Part shown: in pieces, positions 29,928-39,316 of the stretch | How the letters are laid out: every line of letters begins with the position of its first letter | Numbering within the stretch: position 1 is the stretch's first letter | Origin: Phycisphaerales bacterium | Lineage (GTDB): Bacteria > Planctomycetota > Phycisphaerae > WQYP01 | Direction: 5' to 3' | DNA: 64,000 nt | Assembly: GCA_027451365.1 (NCBI GenBank) | Contig: DAIDJN010000063.1 | Location: 32,001 to 96,000, forward strand | Notes under the pieces: model-generated | Databases searched by the model: none | The model's input: the letters and a program-made list of their open reading frames with translations, nothing else | Told to the model about the DNA's origin: nothing | Made by a program: the position numbers and the translations under genes

Positions 29928-30299
29928 GCGTCGGGTCTCCAATTCATACGGCCACCAGTCCATGGCCGAACCGGATTATACGCGCGCCGCGGCCGGCGGC
30001 AAAGGGCCGAGCGGGCAGTCGGGCCACGGGGAAGCTGCTTACAGCGACCCTATTTTGCGGATATTGAACATGACTTGCCAAAGACCCATGCTGGCTTATT
30101 GCACGGCTTTGCGCGGGGAGAATGCGTTGCCGATGGATCGGGACGATGTATGAATGCGGTCCTGATTATCTTTATGGCGTGAGCGCCAGCGTGCCGGGCG
30201 GAACGCCGGGCACCTGATTTTGCCGCTCCGATCACTCTGCCTGAATCACGGCGCTGCGCTTCAGCCTGCTGCCGCATAAGAAGCCAGAACGGGCGGAAA

Positions 30300-31169
30300 T
30301 TATTTGCGATCGCGCACCGCGAAGCGAACCGCGGCGGTAAATACCAGCACCAGAGTGACGAGAGCCAGCACGCCGGTCCAGGCCTGATGCCGCCAGGAAA
30401 GCTCCGCGGATTGCGAATATTGCCAGATTTTCAATGTCAGCGATGGATAAGGCTGATTGGGGTCATACACGGCCTGATCATTGCCCAGCGCCGTAAAAAG
30501 CAACGGCGCGGTTTCACCGGCCACACGGGCAATCGCCAGCATAATGCCGGTGGCGATGCCGGCTTTGGCCGCCGGCAGAATAACCAGCATTAGCGTTTGG
30601 GCCTGTGAAGCCCCCAGTCCAGCGGAGGCTTCCCGATGGGGGTGTGGCACAAGACGCAGCATTTCCTCGGTGGCTCTGGCAATAATCGGCACCATGATAA
30701 ACGCCAGCGCCAGTGCCCCGGACCAGCCGGACTGATGATGCATGGGTACCACCACAAGCTGCCAGGCAATCACCCCAAGAAGAATCGTTGGCGTGCCAGC
30801 CAGCAGATCAATCACCAGGCGGGCCGCATGGGTGAACAAACCTTTTCCAGCATATTCGGCCAGATAAATTCCGCACAACATGCCCAATGGAACGCCCAGT
30901 ACACTGGCCAGCATAACCAGAATCACCGTGCCAATAATGCAGTTGCGCATCCCTTCCGGAGACTGCAACGGCAGATTGGTAAAAAACGCCGGGGTGATAT
31001 ATTCGAATCCGCGAATACCTATATACGACAGCACCACAAACAGCACCGCCAAAGCCAGCCCCGTGGATATGATGCAAAGCGCCGCCACGCCGCGGCTTAT
31101 CCAGCGGCGGCCGGGCCGGCGGCCGGCGAAAGGATTGCTCAAATCTGTTGGCGTTGCGGTCTGATTCAT
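30300..31169 (-). CDS. pstA: Phosphate ABC transporter permease PstA
   Basis: GIYLAEY, REASAGLGA, IARVAGETAPLLFT. Confidence 0.92.
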   Translation of the reverse strand: MNQTATPTDLSNPFAGRRPGRRWISRGVAALCIISTGLALAVLFVVLSYIGIRGFEYITPAFFTNLPLQSPEGMRNCIIGTVILVMLASVLGVPLGMLCGIYLAEYAGKGLFTHAARLVIDLLAGTPTILLGVIAWQLVVVPMHHQSGWSGALALAFIMVPIIARATEEMLRLVPHPHREASAGLGASQAQTLMLVILPAAKAGIATGIMLAIARVAGETAPLLFTALGNDQAVYDPNQPYPSLTLKIWQYSQSAELSWRHQAWTGVLALVTLVLVFTAAVRFAVRDRK

Positions 31170-31200
31170 GCGCGGTCTTTCCTGAAGTTCAGTTACATTT

Positions 31201-32235
31201 TCAGTGGGTGCCTTTGCCGCCGCTGATTCGGGACAAAAGCAGCCTCGCCGAGACATTGGTCAGCAACGAACTGACCATTAAAACCAATGCGACATAGAAC
31301 ATGGCGCTTAAATAAATCGGATGGTCGGCTTCCATAAATTCATTGGCAAGCACGCCCGACATGGATTGTCCGCCGGCGAAAAGACTCGCGCTGATCGAAT
31401 CGGTATTCCCAATGACCATAATAACCGCCATCGTTTCACCGATTGCCCGAGCCATGCCCAGCATGACGGCACCGAAAATTCCGGCCCGGCAATAGCCCAG
31501 CGCCAGGCGAGTGGTTTGCCACCAGGTCGCCCCAAGGCCATAAGCGCCCTGCTCCAGTTCCGCGGGAAACTGCCGCAGAACATCGCGCGTGATCGCCGTG
31601 ATAATAGGAAGAACCATAATGGTCAGAATCAGACCGCCGGCGAGAAAATCACTGCCTGAAGGACCACCGCGAACCAGATTGGCCGGAAAAAATTCGATAC
31701 GTCCACTCGGATATTTTCCCACGGGAAAGAGTTTAATGTGTCTTAACACAGCGTAAATCGCCGGTTCCAGGTAGTTCTGCAGCCACGGGGACATCACAAA
31801 ACAGCCCCACAATCCGTAGGCAATGCTGGGAATTGCGGCCAGAAGTTCCACCAGGAACGAAACCGGCCCGGCCAGCCACCGGGGTGAAAGTCTGGTAATA
31901 AAAATGGCCACGCCTAGGCTCAAGGGCACACCAAACACAAGTGCCAGCAGCGTTGTAATTCCCGTACCGTACATAAACGCCAGTACGCCGTATTGGTCGC
32001 GTCCCGGAACCGGGTTCCATGCCTGTGTGGTGAAAAAATGCCAGCCGATTCGCCCCAATGCCAGCCAGGAGCCATGAATAAGGACGACAAAAATGGTCAG
32101 CAGAATGGCCATGGTCAGCAGCACGCCGCCCAGCGCCAGCCCGTACACAGCCCGATCCAGCCATTTCCGCCAGCCGTTCTGCGGCGCATATGCGAAAGTC
32201 TGTTCAACTGGTTCCGAGCCTGTCGTTCCAGTCAT
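31201..32235 (-). CDS. pstC: Phosphate ABC transporter permease PstC
   Basis: VELLAAIPSIAYGLWG, GLGATWWQT, RAIGETMAVIMVIGN. Confidence 0.93.
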   Translation of the reverse strand: MTGTTGSEPVEQTFAYAPQNGWRKWLDRAVYGLALGGVLLTMAILLTIFVVLIHGSWLALGRIGWHFFTTQAWNPVPGRDQYGVLAFMYGTGITTLLALVFGVPLSLGVAIFITRLSPRWLAGPVSFLVELLAAIPSIAYGLWGCFVMSPWLQNYLEPAIYAVLRHIKLFPVGKYPSGRIEFFPANLVRGGPSGSDFLAGGLILTIMVLPIITAITRDVLRQFPAELEQGAYGLGATWWQTTRLALGYCRAGIFGAVMLGMARAIGETMAVIMVIGNTDSISASLFAGGQSMSGVLANEFMEADHPIYLSAMFYVALVLMVSSLLTNVSARLLLSRISGGKGTH

Positions 32236-32300
32236 GTCAATTCTGGCCACGCGGATTCCCTTACGAAACCGGACCGCCAGGTTTGCCCCGGCGGTGAAAT

Positions 32301-32343
32301 AAACAAAAGGAGTCCCCGGCCTTATTCTGGTTCCGGGGACTCC
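32301..32343 (-). terminator. Stem-loop or partial terminator between pstS and pstC
   Basis: 11-bp stem GGAGTCCCCGG/CCGGGGACTCC, followed on the minus strand by TTTTGTTT. Confidence 0.65.
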
Positions 32344-32430
32344 CATGAGGTCTTATCTGCGGCGGGTATCTGCCACACTGGCGATGCAATTCGACCAGCC
32401 GACAAACCCAACCGCCGTTCACCTGAACAA

Positions 32431-33492
32431 TCAGTCGATGGCCTGACCCTTCCAGGTTACCTTGGCCAGTTCAGCCAGCACTTTGCGCCGCATTTTGCCG
32501 CCGAGCTTGATGTACTGCATGCTCTTGGCATATTTCTGACCTTTGGTCAGAACCCAGTGGACGAATTCCACCGTGGCTTTGGCTTTGGCCTTGCTCATGT
32601 AGCCCAGATCTCGGTCGATAATCAGGTAGGTAAATCCTGAAATCGGATACGCCTTGGCACCGGTCGGATTGATGATCGGCAGACGAAAGTCCGCGGGCAG
32701 ATTGGCCACAACGGCCTTTTGTGCGGCAATGACCGAGGGGATGGACGGACGAATTTTGTAACCTTCACGATTGATCAGCGTCGCAGTGGGGAAATGACCG
32801 AGAATGGCATAAGCATATTCAAGATAGCCCAGGCCGCCAACAGTCTTTTCGATGAGCGCCGCAACGCCCGGATTGCCTTTGCCGCCGCGGCCTACCGGCC
32901 ACTGCACGGATGTGGATTGACCAACCTGCGTTTTCCACCCCTTGCTGACCTTGCAGAGGTAACCGGTGAAGATGTAAGTGGTGCCTGAGCCATCCGAACG
33001 ATGGGCGACAAGAATGTGCAGATTCGGAAGTTTAACGCCAGGATTGAGCTTGGCAATTTCCGGCGAATTCCAGCGGGTCACCTTGCCCAGATAAATGTCG
33101 GCAATCAGTTTGCCATCCATTACCAGCGGCTTGTGGATCATCGGAAGGTTATAGCTCATGACTTCCGGACCGGCCACCTCCGGCAGATGCAGAACATGGC
33201 CGCCGGCCGAACTGATCTGGGAATTGGTCATGGCCGCGTCTGAACCGCAGAAATTAATGGTTTTGTTGATCAGACCGTTAATACCGCCGCCCGAACCGAT
33301 CGGCTGATAATCCACCTTGATATTTGGATGCGAGGCCATGAACGCGGGAATCCATTTTTTCAGCATGATCGGCGCGACAAAAGTCGAACCGGCACCCTGA
33401 ATTTCCACCGCCCGGGCGGTGGAAGCCATCGCCACCCCGGCGAGGGCCGCAAGAGTCGCGGCCAATAAACCACTACGAAGTTTTTGGAACAT
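32431..33492 (-). CDS. pstS: Phosphate ABC transporter substrate-binding protein
   Basis: Signal peptide, GAGSTF, YQPIGSGGGI, HRSDGSGTT, GKGNPGVA, YPISGFTY. Confidence 0.95.
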   Translation of the reverse strand: MFQKLRSGLLAATLAALAGVAMASTARAVEIQGAGSTFVAPIMLKKWIPAFMASHPNIKVDYQPIGSGGGINGLINKTINFCGSDAAMTNSQISSAGGHVLHLPEVAGPEVMSYNLPMIHKPLVMDGKLIADIYLGKVTRWNSPEIAKLNPGVKLPNLHILVAHRSDGSGTTYIFTGYLCKVSKGWKTQVGQSTSVQWPVGRGGKGNPGVAALIEKTVGGLGYLEYAYAILGHFPTATLINREGYKIRPSIPSVIAAQKAVVANLPADFRLPIINPTGAKAYPISGFTYLIIDRDLGYMSKAKAKATVEFVHWVLTKGQKYAKSMQYIKLGGKMRRKVLAELAKVTWKGQAID

Positions 33493-33589
33493 AACAATGT
33501 CCTTTTCAACAATTCACCTTTGCCAGCCGGAACTCCCCGGACAGGCCAACAGGTGACACTTATTCTTCATAGGGATTAGACCCGAGTTG

Positions 33590-33617
33590 CGCTAAGCGGA
33601 TATTAACTGATTGATAA
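33590..33617 (-). promoter_or_regulatory. Pho-box-like 11-bp periodic repeats upstream of pstS
   Basis: Minus strand TTATCA-N5-TTAATA-N5-TTAGCG. Confidence 0.5.
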
Positions 33618-33801
33618 TCTTTGATTTGGCCCGCAATGAGATCTGTATCGCGGCGGGCACATTATGCGCTGGCGGGGCGGATACACGCGAACCTGCAGCC
33701 GGGCCTGCTGGCGATTTCAATTTCCGACAGCTTGAGTCGCAAGCCGCGCAGGCAGAATGGATTGCGGGCGGATTGGGCGCGGCTTCCTGGCCGCTTTGGC
33801 C

Positions 33802-34902
33802 TTATAAAGCGCGATCGGCGCGGGCGATGATCTGATCTATTGACCATTCGTTATTATCTATATATATAATTCCGACGCTGGCGGTGGGTTGAAAATCAGG
33901 GCATACGTCCATTGCGCGAACGGCAAATTCAGCGCGAAAGCTTTCGGTCATGGCCACCGCCTGGGCCTGATCAATATCCGTCAGAACAACGGCAAATTCG
34001 TCGCCGCCCATGCGCCCGATTGAATCCCCGCCGCGCAGCTGCATTTCCACCGCGCGGGCCAGGCATCGCAGCAGAGAGTCTCCGGCGGCGTGGCCGAAAC
34101 TGTCATTGAAAAGCTTCAGATAATCCATATCAATCAACACAAGCGCGGTGGTGCCGCCCTGGCCATGTCGCAATGCCCGCCAAAGCGCCGCGCGGATACC
34201 GCGCCGGTTAAGCACCTGGGTCAGTTCATCGCAACAGGCGTCATGCAGCAGAATGCCGCGCATCCGTTCCGCGGTCATCCCCATCAGACTTAAATTCCAG
34301 ACAAGTGCAACCACCACTGACGGCAACAGCATAACTCCCAGATGACTTTCCGGCTGCATCACAATGCGCGCATGAAGGATGAATGCCCCCAATACGCCGC
34401 GCAAACCAATCATCACGGCAATGCCGATGGCCAGTATGCCGGCCATGCGGGCCCAATATAGCCCTTTATTTCGACCCGCGTTAAGTAGAATCCATGCCGT
34501 GGCAACCACCATGACATCCGATATGGCGGATACCAGCAAAAGCCGGCCGGCAATGTGCCCGCTGATCGGCGTTGCAAATTTCAGCAATAAAAATAAAACA
34601 GTCGCCGCCCCCACCGGAAATAATAAGTTTGAACGCAGGCCCGTAAACCGCCGACATCCATTCCAGCAGAATCCCCAGGCCAGTACTATCAGGGTGTTTG
34701 ACGCCGGAATGGCCAGCGATTCAGGTATGCGGCCATAAAGCGAAAATAGAATCACGGCTGTGGCCGCGGAAACGTTGCCCAATCCCCAGTCCAGAAACCA
34801 GGCTTCGCGGCGGCAAACGGCGTAAAATCCGAATTGCGCAATGCCCAGCACCAAGAAAATTAACGTAAGAACCATAAAAATTGTGCGTGGATCAATATCC
34901 AT
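33802..34902 (-). CDS. Membrane-bound GGDEF diguanylate cyclase, C-terminally frameshifted
   Basis: Multiple TM helices, DELTQVLNRR, IDMDYLKLFNDSFGHAAGD and RMGGDEF. Stops at ADRAL while YKAK continues in another frame. Confidence 0.85.
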   Translation of the reverse strand: MDIDPRTIFMVLTLIFLVLGIAQFGFYAVCRREAWFLDWGLGNVSAATAVILFSLYGRIPESLAIPASNTLIVLAWGFCWNGCRRFTGLRSNLLFPVGAATVLFLLLKFATPISGHIAGRLLLVSAISDVMVVATAWILLNAGRNKGLYWARMAGILAIGIAVMIGLRGVLGAFILHARIVMQPESHLGVMLLPSVVVALVWNLSLMGMTAERMRGILLHDACCDELTQVLNRRGIRAALWRALRHGQGGTTALVLIDMDYLKLFNDSFGHAAGDSLLRCLARAVEMQLRGGDSIGRMGGDEFAVVLTDIDQAQAVAMTESFRAEFAVRAMDVCPDFQPTASVGIIYIDNNEWSIDQIIARADRAL

Positions 34903-35242
34903 CGGGCAGCTTCCTGTGTTATTGGCACCACAACGATTATTCACCGTCGTCTGCGCAATAGTGCGGCAATACAGGATGGCGAGACCTGACTGGCCGCTTT
35001 CAAGCTGTTTTATCGACAAAAATGGATCGCGTATGGGAGACTTTTACCGAACATGGATGGAACATTATTGGAACAGGGCTTGTTGCAGACGCAGTTGACC
35101 GGAAAGCGGTCTAGGGCCAGTGTCCGACCGATAATCAAAGGCCCCCGGGCGCAACGCGACCAAAGATTGAAGCTATCGATATCCCCAGTGCCCCGCTTTT
35201 GCGACGCCCGACAGACACAGAGGCCGACGGACGCAGGTGGAA

Positions 35243-36091
35243 TCAGCCGAATTGGCCGGTCACATAAGCCAGCGTCTGCTGGTGATCGGGCTTGTGAAAT
35301 AATTTATCGGTCGGTCCGGATTCTATCAGTCGCCCCATATAGAAAAACGCGGTCTGGTGGGCCACCCGAACCGCCTGATGCATGTTATGGGTCACAATGA
35401 CAATCGTAACGGATTTGCTTAACTCATTAATCAGCGATTCAATGGTTTTCGTGGCAATGGGATCCAGCGCGGAACATGGCTCATCCATCAGAAGCACATC
35501 CGGGTCCGCCGCAATGGCACGGGCAATGCAGAGTCGCTGCTGCTGCCCGCCGGACAGGGAAAGGGCCGATGCGTGCAGGCGGTCTTTTACCTCATCCCAC
35601 AAGCCGGCGGACCGCAACGATTTTTCAACTTTCTGTCCGATGACAGATTTTCCGCCAACGCCATGTATCCGCAGCGGATAGGCCACATTTTCAAAAATGC
35701 TTTTCGGAAACGGATTGGGCTTTTGAAATACCATGCCGGTCCGCTTGCGCAGTTCCATGACATCGGTCCGGCGATCGTAAATATCGGCTCCATGAATTTT
35801 AATGCTGCCGCGCACCTGACAATTCCGAACCAGATCATTCATGCGGTTGAAACAGCGCAAAATTGTGGACTTTCCACAACCTGACGGGCCGATGAACGCC
35901 GTTACTTCGCCATGATTGATGGTCAGGCACAGGTCATGTACCGCGTGCCCTTTGCCATAATGCACATTCAGGTTTTCCACCTCTATGGCACTTCTCGCAT
36001 TTTGCTTGCCGGCCGCGGGCAGGCTGGGTGCCGAACCACTGACATGCCGATGGCTGATGAAATGTGAATCTGTTGTAACGGGCGGTGTCAT
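35243..36091 (-). CDS. pstB: Phosphate ABC transporter ATPase
   Basis: [54 protein letters not shown]. Confidence 0.95.
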   Translation of the reverse strand: MTPPVTTDSHFISHRHVSGSAPSLPAAGKQNARSAIEVENLNVHYGKGHAVHDLCLTINHGEVTAFIGPSGCGKSTILRCFNRMNDLVRNCQVRGSIKIHGADIYDRRTDVMELRKRTGMVFQKPNPFPKSIFENVAYPLRIHGVGGKSVIGQKVEKSLRSAGLWDEVKDRLHASALSLSGGQQQRLCIARAIAADPDVLLMDEPCSALDPIATKTIESLINELSKSVTIVIVTHNMHQAVRVAHQTAFFYMGRLIESGPTDKLFHKPDHQQTLAYVTGQFG

Positions 36092-37353
36092 AAGGTGTTC
36101 CTCCGGTTGCTCTTTCTTTCGCTCCCCAAAAACAGGGCCGGCGGGGTGCCGGGAGGAACTTCCTCGCCAGCGTTGCAAAGGTCTGCCAAAGGGCCAATTG
36201 CCAACCCACTTCAAGTATGACGAGGCAATATTAAGAGGCAAGCATTTTCGCCTTAAAAACCCGGGCTTAGCGCAACATTATCCGTCCATTTTCCATTTCT
36301 TAGCGCCGAGCTAACATTGCAACCGCCGCACGAAATGGGGTACCTGGGGCGACGATTAATCTTGGCGTGGCATTTGAATATGGTGGAGCTAATCCAAAAA
36401 GCCTTCGGAAGGCGGCTTTCTGGTATGGCCAGGCGGCGAACGCCGGTGACAGGATATGACGTGATTGATTGAGATTTGTTTTGGGACACGGCACGGGCCG
36501 ATTTGCCGCGGCTAAGTGCGTCGCTAAAAAATATTTCGGAGCTGCGATAAAACGAGCTAAACGGGGACGCAACCGGTGTTGGCCGACCATGGTTGCACGT
36601 TTTTACCCCGAATGCGACCAAGAAAATGATCCACTTCGGAATAGCTTGAGAAGAAACGCTCGTCTGATTGCAGCGGACGAAATGCTTTTGGAACGCGTGC
36701 TTGCCAGCCAAAGCCACCGGCGGCAGAATTGTGGTGCGGACATCCTGTCTGCCCGTCGCCACCGCGATACCTCCATTTCCTCCAATACTTCCTGTGTGAA
36801 TTTCAACCATCGAAAATCCGCTGTTAATCGCGTTGTGTCTTCGTGCCAGTGCCGCCGCGCTACATCTGGCAGCCGCTCTTCCATATCCGCCGCTGCTGGC
36901 GGTCGATCTTCTGATAGGCCTGATAGCCTTCGGGGTGAATAGCCCGCAGGTCACCCTCTAGTGCGTAACACCGCGCCCGATTATGATTCAGTTCCCACTT
37001 GCGTTTGCCTTGCTGTTTAAGAGAAAATAATTAAAACACCTGGTCAGATTACGGTATTGCAACGTGCGGAGGGCCTGATCGGCGACCACGTTTGCGACCA
37101 GTTGTTTGCGATGATGTGCATTTCGCCATCCACGGTGAAATGAGGCATACCACCAATTACCCGAACTCGCCAGTGCCCTTATTGTGAATATTTACCGCGG
37201 AGCGGTAAACAGTTACCCAAACCAGTTGTTAAATATTGTGGACGGGCATAAATCCGGGCGGTCCGGGTATGACGAGATGGCTTGGGAAACTTAATTCTTC
37301 GGGCGGTAAGTGGGGTATAATAGACTGCAAGAGTTGTTTTGAGGTGTGTCCGC

Positions 37354-38496
37354 ATGCGCTACAAATATGGTGAATTCAATGGTCAGGACTTTCCCACGCC
37401 GGATTCCCTTTTTGACCATGACCAGATTTTTGATTTTATTCTGGCCTATGGAGAAAACGCGCTTGAGGCATTAAATAATCTGGCGCCGGCCGACGCAAAA
37501 ATTCTGGAACAACTGATACAGGATGGACTGCTGGACAAGGCGGGCGGGCGATTTCATCTGACGCCGCGGGCGGTGAACGCCATGCAGCGCAAGGCTCTTA
37601 TGGAAATTTTTGCCCATCTGCCGCGCGGTTCGCGCGACGGGCATCCGACAACCAATGCGGGTGCCGGCGCCGAGCGCCTGGAGGGCACCAAACACTACGA
37701 GTTTGGCGACCCGATCAGTGAATTGGACCTGACGCAGTCCATGCGAAATGCGCTGGCGCGGAATGCGGCGGGGGGCATTCCGCCGCAACTGCCGGTTGAT
37801 TTTTCCGAGCAGGACCTTGAACTGCACCTTGTGGAAGGAACCACAAGCTGTTCGCTCTGCATCCTGCTGGACATGTCGGGCAGCATGATGCGGCATGGCC
37901 GATTTCTGGCGGCTAAGAAAGTGGCAATGGGACTTTCCGCGCTGGTTCGGCAGCGCTTCCCACAGGACACGGTGGATGTGGTGGGCTTTTACAGCACTGC
38001 GGCGGTTATACCGGAAATGCGGCTTCCGCTGCTGATGCCTAAGCCGGTTTCCACGCATGAATATTCAATTGAAGTGCATATTCCGCTGAGCCAGGCGGCA
38101 AAAACCCACCAGCATTTCACAAATTTGCAGATGGGCATGCAGATGGGGCGCCGAATTCTGGCGCGGCGCGGCGGCCAGCAGAAACTTATGTTTATTATTA
38201 CCGATGGTCAGCCCACCGCACACGTGACGGGCGACACCCTTCATCTGGTGTATCCGCCGCGAAGGGAAACCGCTCTGGCCACACTTAGCGAAGCACTTTC
38301 GTGTAGCCGCGCGGGCATTCGCGTGGCAAGCTTTGCATTGATAGAAGATTACTGGGGCATGGACTGGGTGGAATTCATGGACCAGTTGACACGGCTTTGC
38401 CGGGGTGTGGCGTTTTACTGTTCATCAGGCGACCTGGCCAGTTGTCTGATGGAAAGCTATTTAAGCGGGAAAAAGGCGAAGACTTATATTGCGTGA
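37354..38496 (+). CDS. VWA domain-containing protein
   Basis: LLDMSGSM MIDAS motif, FTNLQMG, IITDGQPTAH. Confidence 0.85.
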   Translation: MRYKYGEFNGQDFPTPDSLFDHDQIFDFILAYGENALEALNNLAPADAKILEQLIQDGLLDKAGGRFHLTPRAVNAMQRKALMEIFAHLPRGSRDGHPTTNAGAGAERLEGTKHYEFGDPISELDLTQSMRNALARNAAGGIPPQLPVDFSEQDLELHLVEGTTSCSLCILLDMSGSMMRHGRFLAAKKVAMGLSALVRQRFPQDTVDVVGFYSTAAVIPEMRLPLLMPKPVSTHEYSIEVHIPLSQAAKTHQHFTNLQMGMQMGRRILARRGGQQKLMFIITDGQPTAHVTGDTLHLVYPPRRETALATLSEALSCSRAGIRVASFALIEDYWGMDWVEFMDQLTRLCRGVAFYCSSGDLASCLMESYLSGKKAKTYIA

Positions 38497-38553
38497 ATCT
38501 GTGGGAGTTGCGCCGAAAATCGGTCGGGTCCATATTATCGATTATCGGTGGTG

Positions 38554-39144
38554 TCAGGCTGGCCATGTGCGAAATTCCTCCAGCAAAGCGGGAAGGCGTT
38601 TAAGTCCGCGATTCTGCGCGAGTCGCACATAGTGATACATGCTGCGGCGGTAGTGCCGGGTAACGCGGGCATCCACCGGAATGCCCCAGGCGCGCATCTG
38701 CCGAAACGCCCATTGCCAGACATGAAATTCTTCCAGACATCGCGGTCGGAATTTGCGGAACCCGATGGCGTGGTGGCCGACTTCATGAAGAAAAATGCAC
38801 GCGCTGACCGCGGACCGTGGCCGTGGCGAGGAAATCATGCGTTTAATATCTCCATTGCTGTAGCGTAATTCGTAGGCGACGCCGCTCATGCGCTTGCGCC
38901 ATTTGCGAATGGATATGCCGTGGGTCTGTTTCATGTGTTCCACCATTGCGTCATAAAACCGCCGTCGCTGGGGGGTGGGCATACGGGAAACCGGAAGACG
39001 GTCCGAGGGGATACCGGGTGGCGAGTCGTGAAACTGAAGACTTTTGGTGGTTTGGGCTGCGGCGATATTGCATTCGTCGGACTGACACTTGGACAGGGCC
39101 GTGAATTGCGCGATGGGATCGGAGGTTATATTGAGTATGTCCAT
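38554..39144 (-). CDS. Hypothetical protein with an HExxH motif; start uncertain
   Basis: IFLHEVGHH followed by CLEEFHVW. Confidence 0.6.
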   Translation of the reverse strand: MDILNITSDPIAQFTALSKCQSDECNIAAAQTTKSLQFHDSPPGIPSDRLPVSRMPTPQRRRFYDAMVEHMKQTHGISIRKWRKRMSGVAYELRYSNGDIKRMISSPRPRSAVSACIFLHEVGHHAIGFRKFRPRCLEEFHVWQWAFRQMRAWGIPVDARVTRHYRRSMYHYVRLAQNRGLKRLPALLEEFRTWPA

Positions 39145-39316
39145 AGAGTCCTTCGAATTGTTGCAATTGTGAATCATAGCCGTCTTCAGGTTCCGCCCAC
39201 CGGCATTCGCATCATCAGTTTCCGCTCGCGTTCCGGGCGTCGCCCATTATTATCGGCAGATTGGCCGGTAAACATGCGGAATCTTTTGGCGGGAAAATGA
39301 AGAGTTCCCCGGCGCA

